64,000 bases of DNA from Tabrizicola sp. BL-A-41-H6 (GCF_050632395.1 NZ_CP192600.1:450424-514423), one strand, 5' to 3'. Shown: positions 36,190 to 45,300, counted from the first letter of the stretch. Notes: generated by a model not told the origin, from the sequence alone. A program made the numbers and translations.

Positions 36190-37158
36190 TCACTTCCCCG
36201 CCGCAATGCGCTTTGAGCTGGCGTCAGCGTCCTGCCCCGCCTCGATTTCAGGCTTTGCCGGTTGCAGCGGGACGACCGAAGGCTCCGCCATCACCGTCGT
36301 CAGCGACCGTGGCCGGCTAATCGCCTGCGACACCGTCTTCACCCGGGCGCTTCGCGCACTGACCGATGCGTCATTCACCTTGATCACGCAGAACGACACG
36401 TTGTCCTGATCCGGGTCATCCAGCTTGCGGATCTCGTCCAGCAGAACTTCCGCGATCTCGCTGCTGCGTTTTCTCCGCGTCCGCCCCAGCAGCTTTTCGA
36501 TCTGGTCGTTGGTCAGGAACTGCAACCCGTCCGATGCGCAGATCACGATGTCGCCCACCTTCAACTCCATCGGCTTTTCCGGGCAGTCGATCTGCGGAAT
36601 CCGCATCCCCATCAACACCGAGGTCAAGCAGTTGCGGTCCGGATGGTCGGCCCCCACCTTCGGGTCCATCAGTCCGGATTTCACCATGAAATCAATCTGC
36701 GGCGCCATCGAGTGGTCTTCGTTGATCTGCGTCAGCACCCCCGCGCGGTACAAAAACAGCGGCGAATCCCCGACCGAGATCCAGTAAAGCCGGTTTTCCA
36801 GCATCACCGGCACCACCAGCGTCGCCCCCATTCCGGCGGTCTCCGGATGCGTGCGCGCATGTTGCCGCAAGCGGTCGTTGGCGTGGTCGGTGATGTTGCG
36901 CAAGATTTCCGGCGCCCGCGCCTCGAAGGCGTCGGTGTCGGCGTACTGGAACTTCAACTCGCTATAAACTTCCGTCAGCACGATCTTCGACGCCACGTCG
37001 CCCGCCGCATGCCCGCCCATACCGTCGGCCAGCACCACGAACCCCGCATCCGCCCCCACAAGAAAATCGCTGGTGATCGCATCTTCCTGATAGTCCCGCG
37101 CGCCCTGGCTTATCGCCGTGGCCACGTCATAGCGAGGCTCACGCGATCGCCATATCAT
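36190..37158 (-). CDS. PP2C-family Ser/Thr protein phosphatase
   Basis: QEDA...VLADGMGGHAAGDVAS...GATLV...VGDSPLFL...ICASDGL...DNVSFCVIKV. ATG 37158 is preceded by GGGGGAG. It overlaps the FHA gene's end by 20 nt. Confidence 0.9.
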   Translation of the reverse strand: MIWRSREPRYDVATAISQGARDYQEDAITSDFLVGADAGFVVLADGMGGHAAGDVASKIVLTEVYSELKFQYADTDAFEARAPEILRNITDHANDRLRQHARTHPETAGMGATLVVPVMLENRLYWISVGDSPLFLYRAGVLTQINEDHSMAPQIDFMVKSGLMDPKVGADHPDRNCLTSVLMGMRIPQIDCPEKPMELKVGDIVICASDGLQFLTNDQIEKLLGRTRRKRSSEIAEVLLDEIRKLDDPDQDNVSFCVIKVNDASVSARSARVKTVSQAISRPRSLTTVMAEPSVVPLQPAKPEIEAGQDADASSKRIAAGK

Positions 37159-38026
37159 TCGAATCTCCCCCACCCTGCTGCCGCGACCAGTTGAACTCGG
37201 GCGTGCACAGCACCTTCAGCAGCAAAGTGGTTTCCCCGATCTGGATTTCGTCGCCATCCTTCAGCGGCTCGGTGGTCAAAAGCGGGCGTCCGTTCAGTCG
37301 CACAAGGTTCGACTTGCCGCCGTGGCCGATGAAGAACTGATGCTGCGACGCGTCATAGGCGATCGCCGCGTGGTTGCTGCGCGATACCGTCATGTCGCCG
37401 AAATCCAGCCGCACGGTCTGGTCAACGCCGCGCCCGACCATCGACAGGCCCTGCTTCAGCGGGAAACTGGCGCCCCGGCCAGCGCCCGCCTTTACCACCA
37501 GCCAGCCGGTCGGGAACATCACGACCTCGGGCCCCTCGGCAGGCTCCAGCTCCTCCTCCGGCTTCGCTTGCGCCTCGAACAACGGCACGACCGAGGTTTC
37601 CTCCGGCTCGAAACCCAGCATCCGCGTCTTGGTCCGGTTGGCGCGGCCGCGCGGCGCGGGGTCCGCCACAGGCACCGCCGCTTCCGGCTCCGCCGACGTC
37701 GCCCGGCCCCTGCGCTGGCGGGCAGACCGCTCCGGTTCCTCGCCCGGCGCGTCCTCTTCGATGTCCCATATGTTCACCACCGGCGCGCCGCCGTCCTTGA
37801 CGCGCGTCGGGGTCACCGTCTTGGTCAGCACCTCGCTTCGCGCGCCGACCGCATCCGACAGCTTGGGGAAACGGTGCGAATTGACCGTCGCCGTGGCGCC
37901 TGCCCGCAACGCCTCCATCGCCTGCCGCGCGGCCTCCGCCTGCTCGGCCTCGGTTCCGGAAAACGGCGAGGGCGAGGTTGGCCGGCTTTTCGATTTGCGA
38001 CGCAACATCTTTTCAAGAAGGTTCAT
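37139..38026 (-). CDS. FHA-domain protein (disordered N-terminal half, C-terminal FHA)
   Basis: GWLVVKAGAGRGASFPL...MVGRG...VSRSNHAAI...NLVRLNG...GDEIQIGETTLLL. AGGAG lies upstream of ATG 38026. Confidence 0.88.
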   Translation of the reverse strand: MNLLEKMLRRKSKSRPTSPSPFSGTEAEQAEAARQAMEALRAGATATVNSHRFPKLSDAVGARSEVLTKTVTPTRVKDGGAPVVNIWDIEEDAPGEEPERSARQRRGRATSAEPEAAVPVADPAPRGRANRTKTRMLGFEPEETSVVPLFEAQAKPEEELEPAEGPEVVMFPTGWLVVKAGAGRGASFPLKQGLSMVGRGVDQTVRLDFGDMTVSRSNHAAIAYDASQHQFFIGHGGKSNLVRLNGRPLLTTEPLKDGDEIQIGETTLLLKVLCTPEFNWSRQQGGGDSNDMAIA

Positions 38027-38285
38027 CTTACCACTCTCCTGCGCGCTGCCGTCTTGCGGCCTGTCGGGCTACTACAACCTTAACGTGTAAAGCACTGCAA
38101 CCGATTCGCATGGCCCGGCCATGCGTCGCGGGGGTGCGAAAGCCCAATGCCACAAGGGGATTCATGCTTCAGCTCTCATCCGAGGGCGGGTCGGCGCGGC
38201 GTCATGCCCCGCTCTTCGCCCTCTGATTTCCTAAATGGAAACTTTGGCCAAAAAGTGAAGCCATTGAGTTCAATTCTTGGTTCGC

Positions 38286-39290
38286 TCAGTTGACGCGCGC
38301 GACCACGTAATCCGCAAGGTCCGCCAACATGTCGCGCAGCGGATGCTCCGGCACCCGCTCCAGCGCCGCCCGCGCCTTGGCAACCCAAGCCAGCGCATCG
38401 TCCCGCGCCGCCGTCATCGACCCGTGCCGCGCCATGATCGCCTGCGCCTGCGCAAGATCGCCCTCGCGCTGGTCACCCTTTTCGATCACCCGCACCCAGA
38501 AGGCACGTTCCTCGGCGCTTGCCCCGGCCACCGCCTTGATCACCGGCAGCGTCAGCTTCCGCTCGCGGAAATCGTCGCCGGTGTTCTTGCCGATCGCGGC
38601 ATCGGTCCCGCCGTAATCCAAAAGGTCATCGACGATCTGGAACGCCACGCCCAGCGCATCGCCATAGTCGAACAGCGCACGCACCACGGCCTCATCGGCC
38701 CCGGCAATCACGCCGCCCACCTCGGTCGCCGCTGAAAACAGCGCCGCCGTCTTGCCACGCACCACCTGCAGATAGACGCGCTCATCGGTCCGCAGATCCT
38801 GCGCCGCCGTCAGTTGCAGCACCTCGCCCTCGGCAATCGTGGCCGAGGCGTTGGCAAGGATATCCATCACCCGCAGGCTGCCTGTCTCCACCATCAACTG
38901 GAAACTGCGGGAAAAGAGGTAATCGCCCACCAGCACCGAAGACTTGTTGTCCCACAAGAGGTTCGCCGTAGGCCGCCCGCGCCGCCGCTGGCTTTCGTCC
39001 ACCACATCGTCATGCAGCAGCGTCGCGGTGTGAATGAACTCCACCGTAGCCGCCAGATGCACATGATAAGGTCCGTCGTAGCCACAGATCCGTGCCGCCG
39101 CCAGCGTCAGCAACGGACGCAGCCGCTTGCCGCCCGCCTCCACCAGATGCGCTGTCACCTCAGGGATGCGTGGCGCATGTTCCGACGCCATCCGCTCACG
39201 GATCAGCCGGTTCACGGCAATCATGTCCTCGGCCAGCCAATCGGCCAGCCGGTCCTGCGGCCCTTTCGGCTTTTGCACTGCGCCGTCCAT
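38286..39290 (-). CDS. ispB: All-trans polyprenyl (octa/decaprenyl) diphosphate synthase
   Basis: FARM LLHDDVVDESQRRRG and SARM FQIVDDLLDY. Confidence 0.93.
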   Translation of the reverse strand: MDGAVQKPKGPQDRLADWLAEDMIAVNRLIRERMASEHAPRIPEVTAHLVEAGGKRLRPLLTLAAARICGYDGPYHVHLAATVEFIHTATLLHDDVVDESQRRRGRPTANLLWDNKSSVLVGDYLFSRSFQLMVETGSLRVMDILANASATIAEGEVLQLTAAQDLRTDERVYLQVVRGKTAALFSAATEVGGVIAGADEAVVRALFDYGDALGVAFQIVDDLLDYGGTDAAIGKNTGDDFRERKLTLPVIKAVAGASAEERAFWVRVIEKGDQREGDLAQAQAIMARHGSMTAARDDALAWVAKARAALERVPEHPLRDMLADLADYVVARVN

Positions 39291-39347
39291 CCTAACCCTT
39301 CGCCGCTGCCCTTGCCCCCGCTGCGGGGGCGGGGTTTACTCTGTGTC

Positions 39348-39563
39348 ATGAAAGAACTTTTGCGCACGACCGACCCTACGGTAATCGCCTTCGCCACGGC
39401 CCTTCTCGAGGGCGAGGGTATAGCGGTGTTTCCGCTGGACGTCCACATGAGCATCCTTGACGGCAGCCTCGGCATCCTGCCGCAACGCCTGATGGTGGCC
39501 GACCGGGACCATTTCATCGCGCGCGCTGTCCTTGCCGACAACGACATCCCGACAGGCCAGTGA
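39348..39563 (+). CDS. DUF2007-domain small protein
   Basis: MKELLRTTDPTVIAFATALLEGEGIAVFPLDVHMS, 71 aa, in the conserved position next to the methyltransferase. The track ORF is over-extended upstream, antisense to ispB. Confidence 0.72.
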   Translation: MKELLRTTDPTVIAFATALLEGEGIAVFPLDVHMSILDGSLGILPQRLMVADRDHFIARAVLADNDIPTGQ

Positions 39564-40325
39564 ATGTTCGCTGAAAGCGAGCTTTCGGACGACAAGTTCC
39601 TCTGCGGTCGCCTGCGCCTCTTGCAACCCGTCAAAGGCTACCGCGCCGCAACCGACCCCGTTCTTCTCGCCGCCGCCTGCCCCGCGACTTCGGGCCAGTC
39701 GGTGCTTGATCTCGGCTGCGGGGCAGGGGCCGCGTCACTGTGCCTCGGCCACCGCGTTCCCGGCCTCATCCTCACCGGCCTCGAACTGCAACCCGCCTAC
39801 GCTGACCTCGCCCGCCGGAACGCCGCCCGCAACGGCATCGCGATGGATGTGGTCGAGGGCGATCTTGCCAACCTTCCCGCCACCCTCCGCCGCGATTTCG
39901 ACCACGTCATCGCCAACCCGCCCTACTATCCGCCCGGCGGCACCCCCTCGCCGGTCAAATCCCGCGCCACCGCGATGCAAGTTGACGAAACCCCGCTGTC
40001 CCTCTGGGTCGAGGCCGCGTCCCGCCGCCTGCGCCCCGGTGGCTGGCTCACGCTGATCTCCGGCGCCGATACCCTGCCGGACCTTCTCTCGGCGCTTGGC
40101 CCAAAACTTGGCTCCGCCGCAGTGCTGCCGCTGGCCCCGCGCGAGGGCAAACCCGCCCTCCGCATCCTTCTTCACGCCCGCAAGGGCGGCCGCGCTCGGT
40201 TCCGCCTGCTTGCCCCCTTCGTCATCCACCAAGGCACCGCCCACGACGGCGACCGCGAAAGCTATACGCCCGACGCCAACGCCGTCCTGCGTGACGGTGC
40301 CGACCTCTTGGCGGCGTTTCGCTGA
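39564..40325 (+). CDS. SAM-dependent N6-adenine methyltransferase, TrmN6/YfiC-like (NPPY)
   Basis: VLDLGCGAGAASL SAM motif and ANPPYY catalytic motif. Confidence 0.85.
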   Translation: MFAESELSDDKFLCGRLRLLQPVKGYRAATDPVLLAAACPATSGQSVLDLGCGAGAASLCLGHRVPGLILTGLELQPAYADLARRNAARNGIAMDVVEGDLANLPATLRRDFDHVIANPPYYPPGGTPSPVKSRATAMQVDETPLSLWVEAASRRLRPGGWLTLISGADTLPDLLSALGPKLGSAAVLPLAPREGKPALRILLHARKGGRARFRLLAPFVIHQGTAHDGDRESYTPDANAVLRDGADLLAAFR

Positions 40326-40421
40326 ATTCTAATCAGTTCGCTGCACATCCTTGTGAAGAACAGATGACACGACTCGCCCTTTGTGGTGCACTTGACCCGT
40401 GGGCAACCCAGGAGGACGAAC

Positions 40422-40589
40422 ATGACGATGGCTTCGCATCTGACGGAACTGCGCAGGAAACACGACACTCTCTCCGACATGGTCGAACAGGCCCAACGCA
40501 GCCCCGGCACTGATGCCTTGAAGATCGCCGACCTCAAGAAACAGAAGCTCCGCCTCAAGGAAGAAATCACCCGGCTCAGCCAGCACTAG
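40422..40589 (+). CDS. DUF465 (YdcH-like) small protein
   Basis: MTMASHLTELRRKHDTLSDMVEQAQRSPGTDALKIADLKKQKLRLKEEI. AGGAGGA lies upstream of ATG 40422. Confidence 0.8.
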   Translation: MTMASHLTELRRKHDTLSDMVEQAQRSPGTDALKIADLKKQKLRLKEEITRLSQH

Positions 40590-41446
40590 GCTTTCTTGGC
40601 GCTGGCGCGCGCCGCCAGCGCCGCACCTCCGGCGATAAGCACTGCGGCGATGCCAATCGCATAGGACGGCTGGGTGATCCCCGCCGCCACCAGTGCCAAG
40701 GTTGACAGCAGCGGCGCGGCATAGGACGCCACGCCCAGTAGCTGGATGTCACCCCGCTTCATCCCGATATCCCAAGTAAAGAACGCGGCCCCCACTGGCC
40801 CGATCCCCAAGGCCAGCACCGCGCCCCACCCCAGCGCACCCGTGGGCCAGACTGTCTCCTCCAGCGCCAGATGCGCCAGCACTGACAGCCCCGCAGTCGC
40901 CAGGCAAAACACCGTCACGCTTTCGGTCGGCACCGCGCCGAGGCCCCGCGACGCGACCGAATACGCAGCCCAGGTCACCGCGCACAAGAACGCCAGCCCC
41001 AATCCCAGCGCCGACCCCTCGCCCTCGCCTCCCCGCGCCAGCACGATCACCGCCGCCCCCGCAAACGCGACCACCGCGCCAAGGATGTGCTGCCCCGTCA
41101 GCCGCTCTCCCGGCAAAAGCCCTGACAACAGCACGATGAACAGCGGCCAAAGATAGGCGATCAGCCCGGTCTCAGCCGTGGGGGCCAGCCGAAAGGCGGT
41201 GAAATACAGGAAATGATAGCCAAAAAGCCCAATCGTGCCAAAGGCATAAACCTTCCACGACACCGCCTTCAGCACCCCGAATCCGCCCCGAGCCGTCCAC
41301 GCCAGCCCGATCAGTCCGCCCACCGCAAAGCACATCGCGTTCAGCTGAAAGGGTGGCACAGGCGCCGACCCGATGGTGAACAGCGCCAGCAGAGACCACA
41401 TCAGGATCGCCGTAAAACCGATTGCCGTCGCCTTGCTGCGTGTCAT
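40586..41446 (-). CDS. DMT/EamA-family transporter
   Basis: Ten-helix hydrophobic pattern. Start at ATG 41446 (MTRSKATAIGFTAILMWSLLA). The upstream track extension overlaps phaB. Confidence 0.85.
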   Translation of the reverse strand: MTRSKATAIGFTAILMWSLLALFTIGSAPVPPFQLNAMCFAVGGLIGLAWTARGGFGVLKAVSWKVYAFGTIGLFGYHFLYFTAFRLAPTAETGLIAYLWPLFIVLLSGLLPGERLTGQHILGAVVAFAGAAVIVLARGGEGEGSALGLGLAFLCAVTWAAYSVASRGLGAVPTESVTVFCLATAGLSVLAHLALEETVWPTGALGWGAVLALGIGPVGAAFFTWDIGMKRGDIQLLGVASYAAPLLSTLALVAAGITQPSYAIGIAAVLIAGGAALAARASAKKA

Positions 41447-41507
41447 GTGCCCACCTTCGCCCGGAAAGCGGGTGGTGCCCCGGCGCGACCGCCGAGGCAA
41501 GCCCGTG

Positions 41508-42233
41508 TCACACGAAGAACTGCCCGCCGTTCGCGGAAACCGTCGATCCGGTGATGAACCCCGCATCGTCGGACGCCAGGAACACCACGATCCGCGCGAT
41601 TTCCTCCGGTTCGCCCAGACGGCCGACCGGAATCTGCGGGATGATGCGTTCGTTCAGCACCTTCTCGTCGATCGCGCGCACCATTTCCGTGCCGATATAC
41701 CCCGGGCAGATCGCGTTCACCGTGATCCCGGCCCGTGCGCCTTCCTGCGCCAGGGCCTTGGTGAACCCCAGATCCCCAGACTTCGCCGCCGAATAGTTGG
41801 CCTGCCCGGCCTGCCCCTTCTGCCCGTTGATCGAGGAAATGTTGATCACCCGCCCGAACTTCCGGTCCCGCATCCCCGACCACAACGGGTGCGTCATGTT
41901 GAAAAGCCCCGTGAGGTTGGTGTCGATCACCTCTTTCCACTGGCCCGGCGTCATCTTGTGGAACATCGCGTCGCGGGTGATCCCGGCGTTGTTCACCAGC
42001 ACGTCGATCGGCCCCAGATCAGCCTCCACCGATGCAATTCCCGCAGCGCAGGCGTCATATTCCGCCACCGACCACTTGTAGGTCGGGATGCCCGTCGTCT
42101 TGGTGAACGCCGCCGCCGCCTCGTCATTGCCGGCATAGTTGGCCGCCACGGTATAACCCGCCGCCTTCAACGCGATCGAAATCGCCGCCCCGATCCCCCG
42201 TGAGCCACCCGTCACCAGTGCTACGCGCGCCAT
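41508..42233 (-). CDS. phaB: Acetoacetyl-CoA reductase
   Basis: [19 protein letters not shown]...NNAGITRD...YSAAKSG...[20 protein letters not shown]. Confidence 0.95.
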   Translation of the reverse strand: MARVALVTGGSRGIGAAISIALKAAGYTVAANYAGNDEAAAAFTKTTGIPTYKWSVAEYDACAAGIASVEADLGPIDVLVNNAGITRDAMFHKMTPGQWKEVIDTNLTGLFNMTHPLWSGMRDRKFGRVINISSINGQKGQAGQANYSAAKSGDLGFTKALAQEGARAGITVNAICPGYIGTEMVRAIDEKVLNERIIPQIPVGRLGEPEEIARIVVFLASDDAGFITGSTVSANGGQFFV

Positions 42234-42294
42234 TTACCTTCTCCTCCTCAGGTATGCCTTGGTATGCCTTGAAATAGTGTTACTGAAACGAAAT

Positions 42295-42321
42295 CAGGCG
42301 CGCAAGATTATTGCGCGCCTG
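42295..42321 (-). terminator. Palindrome CAGGCGCGCAA-GATTA-TTGCGCGCCTG between phaA and phaB (attenuator/terminator or operator)
   Basis: 11-bp arms read directly. On the minus strand it is followed by the T-rich ATTTCGTTTC. Confidence 0.5.
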
Positions 42322-42344
42322 ACCGAGTCCATCCGCAGGAAAGC

Positions 42345-43520
42345 TCAGGCGCGCTCAAGGCACATGGCAACGCCCATGCCGCCGCCGATGCACAGCGTGG
42401 CCAGCCCCCGCTTGGCATCGCGCCGCGCCATCTCGTGGATCAGCGTGTTCAGGATACGCGCGCCCGACGCGCCGATCGGGTGACCGATGGCAATCGCGCC
42501 GCCGTTCACGTTCACGATGGCCGGGTCCCAGCCCATGTCCTTGTTCACCGCGCAAGCCTGCGCCGCGAACGCCTCGTTCGCCTCAACCAGATCAAGGTCG
42601 CCGACCTTCCAACCCGCCTTGGCCAAGGCCTTGCGGCTGGCATGGATCGGCCCGACCCCCATGATCGACGGGTCAAGCCCCGCCGTCGCATAAGACGCGA
42701 TCCGCACGATCGGCTTCAGACCGCGCTTGGCTGCCTCTTCCTCGGTCATCAGCAGCACCGCCGCCGCGCCGTCATTCAGCCCGGATGCGTTCGCCGCCGT
42801 GACTGACCCGTCCTTGGCAAAGGCGGGCCGCAGCTTGGACATGCTTTCCAGCGTGGCGCCGTGGCGGATGTATTCGTCCTGATCGACGACGATATCGCCC
42901 TTCCGGGTCTTCACCGTGAAGGCGATGATCTCGTCCTTGAACTTGCCGGCCTTCTGCGCGGCTTCGGCCTTGTTCTGGCTGGCCAGCGCGAACTCGTCCT
43001 GCATGTCGCGCGAAATCTGCCACTGGTTGGCTACGTTTTCCGCCGTCTGACCCATGTGATAGCCGTTGAAGGCGTCCCACAATCCGTCCTTGATCATGCT
43101 GTCGACAAAGTTCAGGTCGCCCATCTTCTGCCCGGCGCGCAGGTGCGCCACGTGCGGCGCAAGGCTCATCGATTCCTGACCGCCCGCGATCAGGATGCGC
43201 GCGTCGCCCAGTTGCACGTGCTGCGCGCCCAACGCCACCGCCCGCAGGCCCGAGCCGCAGACCTGGTTCAACGACCAGGCGCTCGCCTCCTTGGGCAGGC
43301 CCGCCTTGATATGCGCCTGACGCGCGGGGTTCTGGCCCTGACCGGCGGTCAGTACTTGCCCCAGGATCGTTTCGTCGACCTCGGCCTTGTCGATCCCGGC
43401 GCGGTCGATCACGCCCTCGATCACGGCTGCGCCCAGATCATGCGCCGGGGTGTTGGCGAACGATCCGTTGAAGCTGCCCACAGCGGTGCGGCCCGCCGAA
43501 ACGATGACGACGTTGGTCAT
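42345..43520 (-). CDS. phaA: Acetyl-CoA acetyltransferase (beta-ketothiolase)
   Basis: [21 protein letters not shown]...[11 protein letters not shown]...[23 protein letters not shown] lies upstream of ATG 43520. Confidence 0.95.
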   Translation of the reverse strand: MTNVVIVSAGRTAVGSFNGSFANTPAHDLGAAVIEGVIDRAGIDKAEVDETILGQVLTAGQGQNPARQAHIKAGLPKEASAWSLNQVCGSGLRAVALGAQHVQLGDARILIAGGQESMSLAPHVAHLRAGQKMGDLNFVDSMIKDGLWDAFNGYHMGQTAENVANQWQISRDMQDEFALASQNKAEAAQKAGKFKDEIIAFTVKTRKGDIVVDQDEYIRHGATLESMSKLRPAFAKDGSVTAANASGLNDGAAAVLLMTEEEAAKRGLKPIVRIASYATAGLDPSIMGVGPIHASRKALAKAGWKVGDLDLVEANEAFAAQACAVNKDMGWDPAIVNVNGGAIAIGHPIGASGARILNTLIHEMARRDAKRGLATLCIGGGMGVAMCLERA

Positions 43521-43602
43521 GAAAATTCCCTCCGATGGCGATCTTGCGGCCGGGCCTGATGCCAACCGCGCCTGACGCTTGGCCTACGCGCTAGGCGGAA
43601 GA

Positions 43603-43621
43603 AGCGCAACATTCTTGCGCT
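43603..43621. promoter_or_regulatory. Palindrome AGCGCAA-CATTC-TTGCGCT upstream of phaA
   Basis: Shares the core GCGCAA-N5-TTGCGC with the 42295-42321 element. It lies 84-100 nt upstream of the phaA ATG. Confidence 0.35.
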
Positions 43622-43764
43622 GGGTTTCCGGCCGGGACGCGCAGTTTTGCCCATTTGCCAAACCCGCGCCGCAGCCGCCAGTGCGGTTATCGCTACCATC
43701 GGGCAGGCTCTCACCACTGGCGAATCGGGCCTGAACGCAGCGGCCAACCCGCCCGCCTCGCGTG

Positions 43765-44613
43765 CTACACCTTCGTCCGCCCCTTGCGAAACGCGGCAAA
43801 GTCCGGCGTCACCGTTGGCGCGCCGAAAAGATAGCCCTGCAAGCAGCCGACCCCGGCATCGCGTAGCCAATTCGCCTCGGCGTCCGTCTCCACCGCTTCG
43901 GCCACCAGAAACATCCCCAATTCGCGTGCAATCGCGATGGCCGACCGGACGACCGGCTGGTTTTCAGCATTGCTGTCGATATGGCGGATGAACATTCCGT
44001 CGATCTTGGCAATCTCGAACTGGAAATCGCGCAACAGCCCCAGCGAGGTGCCTGCCGCCCCGAAATCGTCCAGCGAAAACACGATCCCCGCCTCGCGCAT
44101 CTCCGCCATGAACGGCAGCAGCACATCCGGCACCTGCATCGCCGACGCCTCGTTGATCTCAAGGATCAGGCACGCCCCCAGTTCTGGGGCCTGTTTCAGC
44201 GCTTGGCGCAACAGCGCCGTCCAGCGTTTGTAGCCGACCGACCGCGCCGACATGTTCACCGCCACCCGCACGCCGGGATTGCGCTGCAATGTCATCAGCC
44301 CCATCTGCAACGCCGCGCAGTCGATCTCGCGGCCCAGTTCCTGCCGTTCGGTAACGCCCATGAACTCGCGCGCCGGAATAACCCGGTCGCGGCTGTCCAG
44401 TAGCCGGATGAACCCCTCATAGAACCCGATGATCGACGGATCGGCCGCATAGACCGCCGGCTGGAACGCCAGTCTCGTCCGGCGCAGCTTCAACGCCTCC
44501 GCGACCATCGCCAGCGTTTCCCGCTCCGCCGTCCCTGCCGCCACGTCCAGCGGGCTGGCCAGACCAGGCTCCACGTCGAACTTGCTACGCTTCGGATCCT
44601 TCATGAAACTCAT
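43765..44613 (-). CDS. Stand-alone EAL-domain protein (putative c-di-GMP phosphodiesterase)
   Basis: YEGFIRL (EAL position), NMS, EINE, DDFGAAG, KIDG, AEAVET, QGYLF. Start at ATG 44613. Confidence 0.85.
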   Translation of the reverse strand: MSFMKDPKRSKFDVEPGLASPLDVAAGTAERETLAMVAEALKLRRTRLAFQPAVYAADPSIIGFYEGFIRLLDSRDRVIPAREFMGVTERQELGREIDCAALQMGLMTLQRNPGVRVAVNMSARSVGYKRWTALLRQALKQAPELGACLILEINEASAMQVPDVLLPFMAEMREAGIVFSLDDFGAAGTSLGLLRDFQFEIAKIDGMFIRHIDSNAENQPVVRSAIAIARELGMFLVAEAVETDAEANWLRDAGVGCLQGYLFGAPTVTPDFAAFRKGRTKV

Positions 44614-44718
44614 GGGCGGCCCCCTTTCCGTTCCTCGACAGGAATGGACGAAATGCGTAAACACTCCCCTAACATTCGCATTTTGTTCCAATTGTCACGA
44701 ACCGCGAGGCGCGCCCGT

Positions 44719-45300
44719 ATGACCGACGCTTCTTCCCGACGCTGCGCATGGTGCGGCACCGATCCGCTTTACATCCATTACCACGACACCGATTGGGGCG
44801 TGCCCGAACGCGACCCCCGCGCGCTGTGGGAAAAGCTGATCCTCGACGGCTTTCAGGCCGGCCTTTCGTGGATCACCATCCTCAGGAAACGCGAAAACTT
44901 CCGCGCCGCCTTCCACGGCTTTCACCCTGAAACCATCGCCACCTGGGGCGAGGCCGAGATCACTCGCCTCCTCGCCAACCCCGGCATCATCCGCCACCGC
45001 GGCAAGATCGCCGGCACCATCCGCTCGGCCCAAGCCTACCTCCGCATCGAAGGGCGCGAGGGGTTCTCTCCCTACCTCTGGTCCTTCGTCGGCGGCGCAC
45101 CCATCCAGAACCGCTTCACCTCCGCCACGCAGGTTCCAACGCAAACCCCGCAATCCCTCGCCATGTCCAAGGCGCTCAAGGCCGAGGGCTTCACCTTCTG
45201 CGGCCCCACCATCACCTACGCCTTCATGCAGGCCACCGGCATGGTCAATGACCACATGACACACTGTCCCAGCCATTCCCGCGTCGCCGCCCTCGCCTGA
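44719..45300 (+). CDS. tag: DNA-3-methyladenine glycosylase I
   Basis: RCAWCGTDPLYIHYHDTDWGVP...LILDGFQAGLSWITIL...C-terminal HMTHC Zn-site residues. Confidence 0.92.
   Translation: MTDASSRRCAWCGTDPLYIHYHDTDWGVPERDPRALWEKLILDGFQAGLSWITILRKRENFRAAFHGFHPETIATWGEAEITRLLANPGIIRHRGKIAGTIRSAQAYLRIEGREGFSPYLWSFVGGAPIQNRFTSATQVPTQTPQSLAMSKALKAEGFTFCGPTITYAFMQATGMVNDHMTHCPSHSRVAALA

Noticed and set aside
37140-37175. tRNA-like TTCGAATC T-loop string.
   Set aside because: It lies in the FHA/PP2C coding overlap. There is no flanking acceptor or anticodon stem complementarity.
36190-38026. Interpreting the FHA + PP2C pair as T6SS post-translational regulators (TagH/PppA).
   Set aside because: No T6SS structural genes (TssB/C, Hcp, VgrG, TssM) or PpkA kinase occur anywhere in the window. 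The operon partners are GTPases instead.
38227-38241. Small palindrome TTTCC-TAAAT-GGAAA in the region upstream of the FHA operon and downstream of ispB.
   Set aside because: It has only 5-bp arms, is a single copy and matches no known motif. It is as likely chance, or part of the ispB 3' end.
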